Positions 1 to 10,767 of a stretch of 64,000 bases of DNA are shown here, one piece after another. The notes below the pieces were generated by a model, which had not been told where the DNA came from, made no database searches, and was given only the letters and a program-made list of their open reading frames with translations. Every line of letters starts with the position of its first letter. Position 1 is the first letter of the stretch. The DNA comes from an uncultured Methanosarcinales archaeon (lineage in GTDB: Archaea; Halobacteriota; Methanosarcinia; Methanotrichales; Methanotrichaceae): the NCBI GenBank assembly GCA_963843555.1, contig CAWJKV010000010.1, positions 32,001 through 96,000 on the forward strand. The letters run 5' to 3'. The translations under genes were made by a program, and so were the position numbers.

Positions 1-62
1 CCAGCTGGAGCGTCTCTTCGCGAGGAGATGACCTTATCTTTGGAGCAAGATAATGGCCTGCC

Positions 63-1375
63 ATGGATCTGGAAGGGTTTGCGAAAAGGGGTCTGAAGAG
101 GAAGGATCCGGAAACAGAATCTAAGCTCATCTCATTGATCAGAGAGGTAAAGGAGATACCCGAGGATAGGGCCGCAATCCTGGCCCAGGCAGTGCTGCAA
201 GAGGCAGAAGCGACTCTAAATCCCACGGGGCGAGGTCTTCCAGCTGAAGAGTGTGGGCGTCAGCATGGGCGACTATGGAGTGGGCTCGCGCGGTTCAGGC
301 GATTTTTATACTCATACCAAAATTGCTGAGGTCATCGGCCATACCCGCGCCGTGGTCGACTCCCGCCAGTTGGACGACTCTGGCGTGGTCATGGCGAACG
401 GGCAGTACATAACTGTCACTGTGGACGGCATGCACTCCCGACTCAGCGATTATCCATTCCTGGCCGGCTTTCATGTCACGAGGGCCGCTCTGCGCGATGT
501 CTATGTCATGGGTGCGAAACCGGTGGCTCTTCTCTCGGACATTCATCTTGCCGACGACGGGGACGTCTCCAAGCTCTTCGACCACATCGCCGGCATCGCC
601 ACGGTCTCGGAGCTCATCGGCGTTCCTCTCATCACGGGGAGCACTTTACGCATCGGCGGCGATATGGTCATCGGGGACCGGTTAACCGGATGCGTGGGTG
701 CTATTGGTGTCTCCGAAAAGCTGACGCCCAGAAAAAGCGCCCGCCCCGGAGACGTGATCATGATGACTGAGGGCGCCGGAGGCGGAACCGTCTGCTCTGC
801 TGCACTTTACTATGATCGGCACGAGGTTGTTGATGAGACTCTGAACATCAAATTCCTGGAAGCCAGTGAGGCGCTTCTCAAAGCAGATCTCAATATTCAC
901 GCCATGACCGACGTGACCAACGGCGGCATTCGCGGCGACGCCAAGGAGATCTCCTACACTGCAGGGGTGAAGCTTGTCTTCGAGGAGGAGAAGATGCGCC
1001 AATTGGTCAACCCACGGGTTCTGGAGATGCTGGAGGCATCTTGAGATCGACTATCTGGGCGTATCTATCGATGCGCTGCTCATCATCGCCCCTCCTCCGG
1101 AAGCAGGAAAGATAAAACGGATCATTCGAGGTTCTGGGGTAGCAGTGGACGAGATTGGCACAGTTGAGGCGGGTGAAGGTGCTTTGCTGCATATGAATGG
1201 CAAAGTAACTGACTTCAGCCCCCGTTTTCGCGAAGCTGCCTATACGCCTATAAAGAAAGCGGTGGGCCAGGACGCAGAGCGTGACGTGGCCGAGATGACC
1301 CGCAGGGTCGACGAAGCGGCAGAGAATGCTGTGGAAAAGAAGAGGAGATTTATCGAGAAGATAAAAAGAAGTTAA
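63..1375 (+). CDS. AIR synthase-related protein (HypE/ThiL/PurM superfamily), two frameshifts
   Basis: ORFs 63-329, 253-1044 and 974-1375 join into one protein. Motifs GSRGSGDF, DDSGVV, VDGMHSRLSDYPFLAGFHVTRA, AMTDVTNGGIRGD. Confidence 0.8.
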
Positions 1376-1439
1376 TTCAAATTTTTACAAAGTTATTTAT
1401 TTTCAATAGCGTTACTGAATGTAATAATAATAGTAAAAA

Positions 1440-1468
1440 TTTATTTAACATAAATAAACTATTTATAT
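1440..1468 (+). promoter_or_regulatory. Palindrome TTTATTTA-aca-TAAATAAA next to a TATA-like box
   Basis: Perfect 8-bp inverted repeat at 1440-1458, then TATTTATAT, about 50 bp upstream of the regulator ATG at 1520. Confidence 0.4.
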
Positions 1469-1519
1469 CATAACGTACTTCATTTATTGCAAGGGTGTAA
1501 AATTAGGGAGGAGATAACA

Positions 1520-1909
1520 ATGAAAGAATCTTTCGTAATGAGATTTGACGAAAAAGATATCGAGGTTGTAGAGACATTGAAGAGCCTGGGAGTTCCGAGA
1601 AAAGTCTCCAACATGATCGCCTATCTCGCCAGCGGCACGGAGGCGACCTCCCGCGAGATTGAGAGAGGATCCGATCTCCGCCAACCAGAGGTGAGCATTG
1701 CTCTTCGCACTCTGCGCAAGAATAACTGGGTGGAAGAGAAGATCAGCAGAAGCGATGGCACCGGCAGGCCCATGAAGGTATACCGTCTCAAAGCGCCCAT
1801 AGAGGATATCCTCCATTTCTACGAGCAGGAGAAACTGAACGAGGCCAACCAGGCATTGCAGTCCATACAGAAGCTGAAAACCCTCCTCGGGGAGGCGGGA
1901 TCGAGCTAA
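1520..1909 (+). CDS. Winged-HTH transcriptional regulator (methanogen COG4738-like)
   Basis: TSREIERGSDLRQPEVSIALRTL and GRPMKVYRL motifs. GGAGG RBS before the ATG at 1520. Confidence 0.8.
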   Translation: MKESFVMRFDEKDIEVVETLKSLGVPRKVSNMIAYLASGTEATSREIERGSDLRQPEVSIALRTLRKNNWVEEKISRSDGTGRPMKVYRLKAPIEDILHFYEQEKLNEANQALQSIQKLKTLLGEAGSS

Positions 1910-2317
1910 GCAGGCGGATAGGCCTCTTTTCTTTTTGTCTTAACTCCATCGGAATCGGGTATTTGCCCAACAGGCACCTCATAGCCTTCAATTTGTTCCA
2001 TAGATCTCGATTTAGCTGAACGAATTTAAGGGTTAGGATGACTATCTTTGAATAAAAAATCTAGCGGACTTGGTTCGCAACAGGAACTGCTTTCCAAAAA
2101 ACATTTTCACGATGGGGATATATAGAAGTAAGACGTAACATAATTTAGGGTAAGCCAGGGGCCAATGTGAATCATTGCCCAAGCAGATGTGGTCAGAACC
2201 AGGAAGACGTCAGATGATCCAAACGGTCTACAAGAAAATTGAAAGTCCAATCTTGGGCCGTTCCATCGGTTGGAATACGACCAGATATTAACCAGTCGAT
2301 ATCCAGGTAGTGATTCA

Positions 2318-2815
2318 TTGGCAGTTATCGAAGAAGTTATCCAGAGAGCGTATCTCAACAAGCTTGTGGGAGAAGAAGGTTTACGCATTGTGGAATGCAT
2401 ACCGGGTGAAGAGATCACAGATGAGCGGCTGGCTGAGCTTACAGGGATAAGCTTGAACACCGTACGACGCACGCTCTATCTCCTTTACGAGCACAGGCTG
2501 GCCATATACCGGCGCAAGCGGGACCCGGATTCAGGCTGGCTCACTTACTTGTGGCAGCTCTGTCCCGAGAACTTCGACAAAGCCCTGGAATCGGAAGCAA
2601 AGAGGCTTCTTCGTAAACTGGATGAACGGCTGGTTTATGAGAAAGAGAACATCTTTTATGCCTGCATAGAGGGCTGTGCAAGGTTCATCTTCGATGAGGC
2701 CAGCGAGGCCAACTTTGTCTGTCCTTTCTGTCAGGGAAGCCTGGAGTACATGGAGAATGCCAAAGTGGTGGAGACTATAGAGAAGCAGATGAAAGAACTG
2801 AAAGCCTGCATATGA
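2318..2815 (+). CDS. tfe: Transcription factor E (TFIIE-alpha homolog)
   Basis: TDERLAELTGISLNTVRRTLYLL, DPDSGWLTYLW and a zinc ribbon (CIEGC...FVCPFC). TTG start at 2318 is inferred. Confidence 0.88.
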   Translation: MAVIEEVIQRAYLNKLVGEEGLRIVECIPGEEITDERLAELTGISLNTVRRTLYLLYEHRLAIYRRKRDPDSGWLTYLWQLCPENFDKALESEAKRLLRKLDERLVYEKENIFYACIEGCARFIFDEASEANFVCPFCQGSLEYMENAKVVETIEKQMKELKACI

Positions 2816-2841
2816 GCAATTCGCCAGAAATTTCTTGTGAA

Positions 2842-3243
2842 TTATAAGTTCTCCAGGTTATTGGCTAGGATTGCCGTCCACCACCAGCGAGCCATGTCCA
2901 TCAGATCGCGGCTGAACATCCCTGAGAGCCTGTATTCTCCGCCTTTGCTGGAGACCATGCCCGCCCCGAGCAGCTTGTTCCTCATGGCGTAAAAGGCAGA
3001 TCGGCTCACATTGAGCTCCACCAGGAGGGATTTCCATTCATGGGTTTTCAATGGATCTCCACTCTTCTGCCTCTCCTCCACCAGTGCCAGGAACCTCTGG
3101 CCGCGCTCTGCCGTTGCTTCTTCCTGGAAAAGCCGAAGCATGAGCTCATGGTAGGGATCGCGCGAACGGCTTACAGCGTACTCCGATTTGGAGCGGACCT
3201 TCAGTGTAGTTGCGGTCCTGGGAGCCTTTTTCACATTGGTCAT
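2842..3243 (-). CDS. Hypothetical protein, probable winged-HTH
   Basis: 133-aa ORF with HTH-like segment ELNVSRSAFYAMRNKLLGAGMV. Overlaps the upstream gene by 4 nt. Confidence 0.65.
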   Translation of the reverse strand: MTNVKKAPRTATTLKVRSKSEYAVSRSRDPYHELMLRLFQEEATAERGQRFLALVEERQKSGDPLKTHEWKSLLVELNVSRSAFYAMRNKLLGAGMVSSKGGEYRLSGMFSRDLMDMARWWWTAILANNLENL

Positions 3244-3545
3244 AAGGTTGCCAGTACTGCTCTGGCTATATCTGCATATTCATCCCTCAAGATATAGGTC
3301 TTGGGTGCACGATAAGACTTCTTATTGACATGCAATATTCCCAGGCGCGAACAAATATAGCCGATCATAGAGGCTACCACCTTTCGGGAAACATTATATC
3401 GTTTACTAACAATCTCATGAAGAGAGGCAACGGTAAACTCCCGGGCCTCGACTATGGACTCAAGGACAATTCGCCGGAGGCCATCCGGATCCAAATTGAG
3501 GAACCTTACCATCCTGCCTAATATCTCTGACCGCTGTGATTTCAT
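3240..3545 (-). CDS. DUF2551-family protein (wHTH-like)
   Basis: FLNLDPDGLRRIVL and VASMIGYICSRLGIL. Paralog of 30223-30525. Confidence 0.7.
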   Translation of the reverse strand: MKSQRSEILGRMVRFLNLDPDGLRRIVLESIVEAREFTVASLHEIVSKRYNVSRKVVASMIGYICSRLGILHVNKKSYRAPKTYILRDEYADIARAVLATL

Positions 3546-3647
3546 AGAACCCCTCCCAAACTACCCCCCTGTACATTTATCATTACTTTAGTAATATGTA
3601 TAATATATACCTTCCTAATATGAATTAATAAATGATATGGTAATACT

Positions 3648-4374
3648 ATGCTTGAAGACGAGCGCGAAAGGGCAGAAAGCCTCTATGCCCGGGGAGATTA
3701 TGAGGAGGCTCTGTCGGTATGGGAGAACATCGAGAGAACCAATCCTGAAAGCCTCCATCACTGGTACAAAAAGGGGGTGGCCCTTCGAAAAATTGGACGG
3801 TTCGAAGAGGCCATCATCGCACTGGAAAAGGCCCTCCGGCTGGACGCCGGAAATGCGAACGCCTGGAGAAACCATGCCGCCGCCTTGAACCAGGTAGATA
3901 GGAGTTCCGAAGCCCTGCTGTCCTGCAAAAAAGCCCTATCAATCGACCCGTACAATGCCCGAACCTGGATAGTGAGGGGCTTTGCTCTGCACCGTCTGGG
4001 CCGGTATGAGGAGGCTGTAGAGAGCTATGCCCGGGCCATTGAGCTAAATCCCTTAGGTGCGGACGGGAGGAGGGCCTGGAATAACCGGGGCGCAGCTCTG
4101 GACAACCTGCATAGGCACGAGGAAGCAATCGAGAGCTATGAGGAGGCGATCATGATAGATCCCTTTGACATTTATGCCTGGAATAATAAAGGCGTGGCTC
4201 TGGGTGCCCTGGCCCGGCATGAATGAAGCGCTGCAGTGTTTTCAGAAGGCGATAGAGATAGAGAAGGAATATGCGACTGCCTGGAAGAATCTGGGAGTAG
4301 CCTGCAAGTCGCTACACAGAGACGATGAGGCGGAAGAGGCCAATCGCATTGCTCGCGAATTGGGTTTGAAATGA
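3648..4374 (+). CDS. TPR repeat protein, frameshift near 4222
   Basis: Repeated AWNNRG/AWNNKG...EEAIESYE TPR units that continue in ORF 4165-4374. Confidence 0.85.
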
Positions 4375-4390
4375 TCTTATGGATAGAGAT

Positions 4391-5131
4391 ATGAAGATGA
4401 CAGCATCCCAATGGCAGTACCATGAGCCCGACCACCCAGGAGCAGACTTCGATGCCCTGGCTGAGAGCTACGATCAGGATATGCAAGAGCATCGAGACAT
4501 CCAGGGCGAGATCGCCGAGATCCTGGATTTCCTCGACCTGTTGCCCGACCAGTCCGTCCTGGAGATAGGCACCGGAACCGGCGAGTTCGCCTTGCCGCTG
4601 CGCGCCATTGCCGGAAGGTATATGCCGTGGACCTATCTCTGGGTATGTTGAGATACGCCGAGAAAAAAGCAGCATTACGAGCTATAAACAATGTCGAGTT
4701 CTTGCCGGGCGGATTTCTTACCTACCAACACCAGGGCGCCCCTCTGGACGCTGTGGTGACTCAGATTGCATTGCACCATCTCCCGGACTTCTGGAAACAG
4801 GTTGCATTGCAGCGTATATTCGATATGCTCAAGGAGGGCGGGAAATTCTGCCTGAGGGATGTGGTCTACTCCTTTGATCCCCGTGACCAGGAAAAATTCT
4901 TCGAGGAATTCATAGCGAAAGCATCTCAAAAGGGAAGCGCCAGAGTTTGCAGCTCGCGTCACCGACCATATTGGCAAAGAGTATTCCACCATGGATTGGA
5001 TTATGCAGGGGATGATCGAGAGGGCCGGATTCGAGATAGCGAGATTGAAGCATAGCAATGGATTTTTCGGCCTGTATTTATGCAGCAAGACCTCGAGAAA
5101 TGTCATCTCTGGGGGACGAAATGTCGGTTGA
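4391..5131 (+). CDS. Class I SAM-dependent methyltransferase, several frameshifts
   Basis: VLEIGTGTGEF motif I, DLSLGML and IALHHLPDFWK spread over several frames. Confidence 0.75.
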
Positions 5132-5252
5132 GCTAGGCGTCTCTTCAAGGTTGTCGCCACCAGGAAGCCATTGTCAAGCCTTTCGGCACAGGCTTGACCA
5201 CCATCATGCGATAGATGCACGGCTTTCCCTGGATAGCTACATGACCACGAAC

Positions 5253-6642
5253 TCAAATCTGCTTGAACACTGCAATTGAATTTTGGCAGTGAAGGGTGCG
5301 ATTGTAATCCCTTCCGGTCTTTATAAAGGAACTGGGCCTATTCAGGATGAATTCATCCATTAGGGCCAGCCAATTCACAGTAAATTGTAAAAAGATATAC
5401 GGTATTAGCAGGAGCGATACCAGGTATCTCTGCCAGGGGCTGCCGGCCATAGTCCCTGCTATCCAATGCCCAAACCAGTATTGCGGTTGCGAATGGAGCG
5501 AAAGTAACAATCGCCCATAAGGATAGGGCTATCGTTCTGCTGAAAAAGGTTGTTTCATATCCAAAATAGGATAAAAAAATTAATGGAAATGTAAATATAG
5601 TAAAAATCGGGGATAATGATGCTGCCAGGCTGAAAAATGTATCCATTTTCTTGTATCTTGACATGTTTTTGCATCTCATTACATTCCAATTATATTTTCT
5701 CCATACCTGCATCCAGCCTCTTGCCCATCTCTTTCTCTGAGTCCACCAGGGTCCCACTCGCGTGGGTACTTCTTCCCAGGATTGCAGCTCTGGAATGTGC
5801 ATTATCTCGTATCCGGCCATATGCAACCTGACCGAGAGATCGATATCCTCACATAATATCTCCTCGTCAAAAAGACCTATCTTTTCAAATATCTCTCTTC
5901 TAAAAAAACCATGTGCACCTCCAAAATTCGCAAATCCGCCCAGTTTATAGGCCCCATAAATGCCGATCCTCTCTATTGCGTCGCGTTCCAGGGCAACTAC
6001 TCTGGATAGTAGATTGCTGTCCCTATTTATCACCCTGCACCGTCCTCTCACACAGCCTATGGATGGTTTATTGAACAAGGTTACAGCTTTCTTCAAAAGG
6101 TCGGGATTTAATGATTGATCGGCATCAAATACTCCTATTATTTGGCCTTTTGCAAAGCTTATTCCATAATTGTTTGCAGCTGCATGACCTCCGGACTTGG
6201 ACGTCTTTTTGATGGGCTTAATGCGAGGGTCCTGCAGAGCATATTTCAGTATGATCTCCTCTGTTCTGTCAGTGCAATGCGCTTCGTAGACATAGAGGAT
6301 CTCTACTTTATCTTTTGGATAATCCAATTTAAGAATTGACTGAATAGTGCGGTCTAGAACTGCCTCCTCGTAATAGGCGGAGACGATTATAGAAACGGAC
6401 GGCCACTCGTTTTCCCTTTGAGACAAGGATTCGTAGGACCTCATGCTGGCAAATGCGATTACATAGGATCTTATTGCCATAAATGCCAAAAATAGAAAGA
6501 CAACGGTTCCAAAGAACTTTACATAATTTTGATTGAGCATTCCTGGAAGGATCAATACAATTATAAATATTACCAGTGTTCCAATAATATAAGATAGATT
6601 GCATTTGATATCAAAGACTTCATTAGTTTTTGCATTCATCAT
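5253..6642 (-). CDS. Processive GT2 glycosyltransferase (cellulose synthase-like), C-terminal frameshift
   Basis: FDAD, CEDID and QRKRWARG (QxxRW) motifs with flanking TM helices. C-terminus is in ORF 5253-5510. Confidence 0.85.
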
Positions 6643-6681
6643 TACACATCCTGGAAGGGACTTAATTTTCTAAAGCTGAGG

Positions 6682-6774
6682 TTAGACTGATGCACTATGC
6701 GGAGTCTTGATGACCACCACCCCAATGCGCAGGCTTAGTAACTTCGATAAGATCTCATCTTTATTTCTTTTCAT
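6682..6774 (-). CDS. Putative 30-aa small ORF
   Basis: MKRNKDEILSKLLSLRIGVVVIKTPHSASV preceded by a GAGGTGA RBS, directly upstream of the GT2 gene. Confidence 0.35.
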   Translation of the reverse strand: MKRNKDEILSKLLSLRIGVVVIKTPHSASV

Positions 6775-6859
6775 ACTTATCACCTCTCATTATGATAGTT
6801 ACTTACTTTGAGTCATCATATAGACGATTGTATCCATTTAGCAGCATTTTATGTGCATG

Positions 6860-7072
6860 TTAGGCCAGAACAATACTAAGGATCATTAATCCAGGCGTGT
6901 CCAGGCATCCAATGACGTTGAGCAAGGCAGTCTTGCCCGAGCCGGAGGGGCCGATGATAGCGATGAATTCACCCTCATTCACCCTGAAATCTACATCCTT
7001 CAATGCATGGATCTCTTCCCTCCCTCGCCGGTAAACCTTGTTCAGACCAATGGCCTCGATTACGCTCTTCAT
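6860..7072 (-). pseudogene. Truncated ABC ATP-binding subunit (LolD/MacB type)
   Basis: Walker A GPSGSGKT and GCLDTP, then similarity ends. No signature motif or Walker B seen downstream. Confidence 0.8.
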
Positions 7073-8250
7073 TCCACACCACCCCGGATAGCCTCCATAG
7101 GCGTTAGCTGCGAGGATTTAAAGGCAGGATACAGCCCGCAAATTAAACCCAAAACCACAGAGAAGACCAGTGCAAAAGCAATGAGCTCAGGGCTCAAAGA
7201 CACGAGCGATCCCTTCGGAGAATAGGGCAACATGCCCTTCACAAATCCCTCGATCAGGCTTGAGCCCACTATGGCCGCGAGAGTCCCAATTATGCCGCCA
7301 ATGATTGTGATGAACACCGTCTCCGCCAGCACCATTCTGGCAATATCCAGACCAGACGCCCCAATGGCCTTCATCATGCCAAACTCCCTGGTCCTTTCAT
7401 TCACGGACATGAGTAGCGTATTTATGATGCCAAAAGCGCTGATGATCAACGCTATGGCGATGACGGTCAGCAGAAGCGAGCGAGCAGACCCTGCCAGATT
7501 CATGATAGTGCCCATGATTTGCGTCATGGTCACAACCTGGATATCGGGAATATTCTCCATCTGTTCCGAGACAGCCGCTATTTTTCCGACATCTTTGACC
7601 TTAACCGCAATGGTGGTGATCTTGTCCTTCTTGTTGAAGACTCTCTGCGCCTCAGCTAGTGGCACGAAATGGAATTGATCATCCTGGTCTCCCGCCTGTT
7701 CCAGTATGCCGACAATGGTGAAGTCTTTAAGAGGCCCTGTCTGCATCACTGATCCTACAGAATAGTTCTCCTTTTCTGCCAGGCCATGGCCCACAAGCAT
7801 GACACCGGTCTCGTTATCGGCAAAATACCTCCCTTCTACTTTCCACCAGGGTTTCAGTCTCTTTGTGTCATCGATCCTTATTCCAAAAACCACATGCGGT
7901 ACATCCTCACCGCTTTCATCATTGCCTATGAACTGGTGCATGAGCATGGGTGTGGCCAGCTCAATCCCTTCGATATTGCTGACATTATCGAGGTCATAGG
8001 CAGAGAGATATTTGGGTATTACACCGCCATGCATAACCAGAGATGCCGCCTCGTAGGGACAGCCTTTGGGCACGGCCAGAATATGCACACCCATGCTGTT
8101 GACTTCCTTGTTAAGCTCCTTCTCATATCCCGAGTTTAGAGAGAGAAGGCTAAAAAGAACAGTTATGGCGATAGCTACACCCAAGACGGTCAGAAGCGTC
8201 CTCCCCCTCCGACGCAGCAGGTTCTTTGCTGCCAGGGTGAGGAAATTCAT
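7069..8250 (-). CDS. ABC transporter permease, MacB/FtsX family
   Basis: [36 protein letters not shown] and [18 protein letters not shown]. Confidence 0.9.
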   Translation of the reverse strand: MNFLTLAAKNLLRRRGRTLLTVLGVAIAITVLFSLLSLNSGYEKELNKEVNSMGVHILAVPKGCPYEAASLVMHGGVIPKYLSAYDLDNVSNIEGIELATPMLMHQFIGNDESGEDVPHVVFGIRIDDTKRLKPWWKVEGRYFADNETGVMLVGHGLAEKENYSVGSVMQTGPLKDFTIVGILEQAGDQDDQFHFVPLAEAQRVFNKKDKITTIAVKVKDVGKIAAVSEQMENIPDIQVVTMTQIMGTIMNLAGSARSLLLTVIAIALIISAFGIINTLLMSVNERTREFGMMKAIGASGLDIARMVLAETVFITIIGGIIGTLAAIVGSSLIEGFVKGMLPYSPKGSLVSLSPELIAFALVFSVVLGLICGLYPAFKSSQLTPMEAIRGGVE

Positions 8251-8627
8251 CTGTAGACCTCTCCATTGATCTCTACGATCTTGCCGATCATCATTGGGTC
8301 GTTGTCTTTAACTGTCACCACTCCGTAAACCTTGACCTTCGATCCCGCCTCTTGAGGGATGACGAAGTTACTGGGAAGGATATCGATATACAGGCTTGCG
8401 CTCTTATCATTCACAATAAACCAGCATCCTGCAGGACATTCTGTCTCGATCTTGCCTTCTATTACCACATTCTTTCCTACGAAAGTGGAGGTATTCTGAA
8501 TTATGTCTCGAATTTTCACGGGCTCTCCTTTAAGTTCAGCAGGAACTTCCTTTGCGAGAGATACCTGCGTCGCCAAGGGTACTATGCTGAGGAGAATTAT
8601 TGCAATCATCAACCTATCCCATCTCAT
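8247..8627 (-). CDS. Secreted OB-fold protein with ECPAGCW motif
   Basis: Signal peptide and GKNVVIEGKIETECPAGCWF. Paralog of 9052-9471. Confidence 0.7.
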   Translation of the reverse strand: MRWDRLMIAIILLSIVPLATQVSLAKEVPAELKGEPVKIRDIIQNTSTFVGKNVVIEGKIETECPAGCWFIVNDKSASLYIDILPSNFVIPQEAGSKVKVYGVVTVKDNDPMMIGKIVEINGEVYR

Positions 8628-9051
8628 CTTCCATCACCTTATTGCATCGTCGCGCGAATGGAGAACAAAATCTTTTCAATTTGCATCCCCTTTCATGATT
8701 CTAATTCGAGCGAAGTCGTTGAGATCATGCGATACTATCATTTTCTCCTTCATACTATTTAAAAATTTTTTATATTGTTTCAAGAAGTCATCGATAATCT
8801 AACGAACTAATATAATTTATTATTAATTTAATTAAGATAGCAATTCAATCGAGCTATATACTCAGCCACATTTATGAAATCCGATCCGCGTCATTCTAAC
8901 TGCTGCACAGCCATAGTTTTCATGTTTCGCTTACGAAATAAAGTGGTGTCATCAGTAACTCATGACGAAAAAATAGTAAATGTACTATTTCGCTATTTTT
9001 TAAAAAAATATATGTATATATAATGTTCTCGAACCATATCCCGCATCGAAC

Positions 9052-9471
9052 TCATCCTGTCACTACCAGAGGTGACCTGAATTCTCCAGAGATCTCCACT
9101 TTTTTGCCTATTATGTAAGGCGTCCCTGGTTCAAAGGTCAGCATCTTCTTTTCACCTACAACCGTTACATTTCCATATACCTTGGCGATATTGCCAACTA
9201 AATTCAGTGGCATAGTAAAGTTGTTGGGCTTCAGATCGACAAGCAGGCTCCCGGTTCCATCATTGATCACTAACCAGCAGCCTCTTCCGGGGCACTCTTT
9301 CTCGATGCTCCCCTCTATCTGAACTGCCTTCCCTTGGTATGGAGAGCTTCCCTCCATGATTTCGCTAATGGTTGTTTTCTCATAATCGATACCTGCAGCT
9401 TGAACTGCAGTACATGCCATACACAATAGGATGGCAATTCCTACGATCAAATAGAGTCCATTCTTTGGCAT
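9052..9471 (-). CDS. Secreted OB-fold protein with ECPGRGCW motif
   Basis: GGAGG RBS, start MPKNGLYL, signal peptide and GKAVQIEGSIEKECPGRGCWL. Confidence 0.7.
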   Translation of the reverse strand: MPKNGLYLIVGIAILLCMACTAVQAAGIDYEKTTISEIMEGSSPYQGKAVQIEGSIEKECPGRGCWLVINDGTGSLLVDLKPNNFTMPLNLVGNIAKVYGNVTVVGEKKMLTFEPGTPYIIGKKVEISGEFRSPLVVTG

Positions 9472-10180
9472 CTTGTATTCAACCTCCTTCATTTCGGGTT
9501 TCTGATTAGACGGATTTTCTTCGGATCTATCGATTGATCTTATCAGAGTGCTTATTCCTGGTCCTCTCAAGTTCCGTAGATGCAATCCGAAACCTTCTGA
9601 AATGGATATAACTGTTATATTATTTAAATTTTTTTGATTGTCAATACCATATTGATTTTCTGCAGCAGAACAATGGGGTTTATGGCTAGCACACCCGCTT
9701 GAACCTCACAAGCAGCTCATGTATCAGAAGCCCGCAACCTGGGACCCAGGGATTTTCGACATCTTGCCAAGGGCATCATACTCAAGGTGCCGTCTGCCAG
9801 GACGGAACTCGCATGTTGAAGAGCGGTCGCGAGGACCACGCCCCGACCTCACGCCCACGTGCCCAACCTGCCTTTGAACATTTTAAGCAAATGGAGTTGA
9901 GGAGTCAATTTTATAATCAAACGCATGAATAATAAAAACTGTTGAGATTCGTAGTGGCTAAAATGGCGGGCCGATAGCTATGGAGTTTTCAGCCTGTATC
10001 CATGCACCAAGTTCGATAGATAATGGTTTTCGTGGACGAAAAGGGCAGTTGGAATAAAAGAGATAATCGAATCAAAAGGTCAATGGGCAGTTTTCTGCAA
10101 GCGAACGGGGCTGAGCGGACGAGACCATTTCCTTGCCACATCGCTCCTGAAAATGAGGGGTTTTCAGCCCCGCCTCATCT

Positions 10181-10657
10181 TTAGCCGCAACCACAGCCTC
10201 CTCCGCCCCCTCCGCCTGAGGTGGAAGTCGTAGTGCCCCTTGATCCACTGATGGGATACATGATATTCGTATATCCGGCCAGGTTCTTGTTTGTCCTATC
10301 GCGGGAATAGCTGGACAGATCCAGCGGTTTCATGCCCGAGGACTGAGAGAGGCCAGAGACAGCCGCCAGGCCGGATGGGCCGACAACGCTGGAATTTTCC
10401 ACTGAGCTGCTATTCATTGAGGAGTTGTCAGCAGTCATGTTGTTGATAGTCGAGTTGTTCATAGATGGTTGATTCATCTGAGAGCCGGCCACTGCCTGGG
10501 GTGCCATTACCCCAGAGACTGAAGGCGCTGCCAAATTCAGATCTCCCATATAAACCATCTCGCCCCCAGGAGACCACTGGGCATAGGCATTGAAGACCAT
10601 GAACAGGAATATGAACACGATCCCCAGAGCAGTTACCGCATACTTTGCAGAGAGCAT
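10181..10657 (-). CDS. Secreted Ser/Asn-rich protein ending GGGGGGGCGCG
   Basis: Signal peptide (AYA/Q), N-x-S/T sequons and GGAGG RBS. Confidence 0.7.
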   Translation of the reverse strand: MLSAKYAVTALGIVFIFLFMVFNAYAQWSPGGEMVYMGDLNLAAPSVSGVMAPQAVAGSQMNQPSMNNSTINNMTADNSSMNSSSVENSSVVGPSGLAAVSGLSQSSGMKPLDLSSYSRDRTNKNLAGYTNIMYPISGSRGTTTSTSGGGGGGGCGCG

Positions 10658-10697
10658 AATTTTATTCCTCCATATCGGAAATTATAATCGAGAGCTT

Positions 10698-10740
10698 AAA
10701 ATAAAATAAAAAAGATATGTGCTCTTCCGAGGCACATATC
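10698..10740 (-). terminator. Hairpin plus T-tract terminator of the cdh operon
   Basis: GATATGTGC-N9-GCACATATC stem at 10714-10740, followed on the minus strand by TTTTTTATTTTATTTT, just after cdhE. Confidence 0.7.
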
Positions 10741-10767
10741 AGTTTCTGTAGCCCAATATTTTAGGCT

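Noticed and set aside
1..31. 3' end of an upstream CDS (QLERLFARR-stop)
   Set aside because: Too little sequence to identify.
4215..4230. Sec/Pyl readthrough at split genes (for example the TPR TGA at 4224)
   Set aside because: The continuations are in different frames, so these are indels and not in-frame stops.
8676..8741. 21-aa ORF MIVSHDLNDFARIRIMKGDAN resembling an ABC H-loop
   Set aside because: Too short to distinguish from chance.
10105..10172. Nested hairpins (GGGGCTGA/TCAGCCCC and CTGAAAA/TTTTCAG) as an ncRNA
   Set aside because: Short stems just after a stop codon fit a 3'-UTR structure equally well, and there is no family signature.
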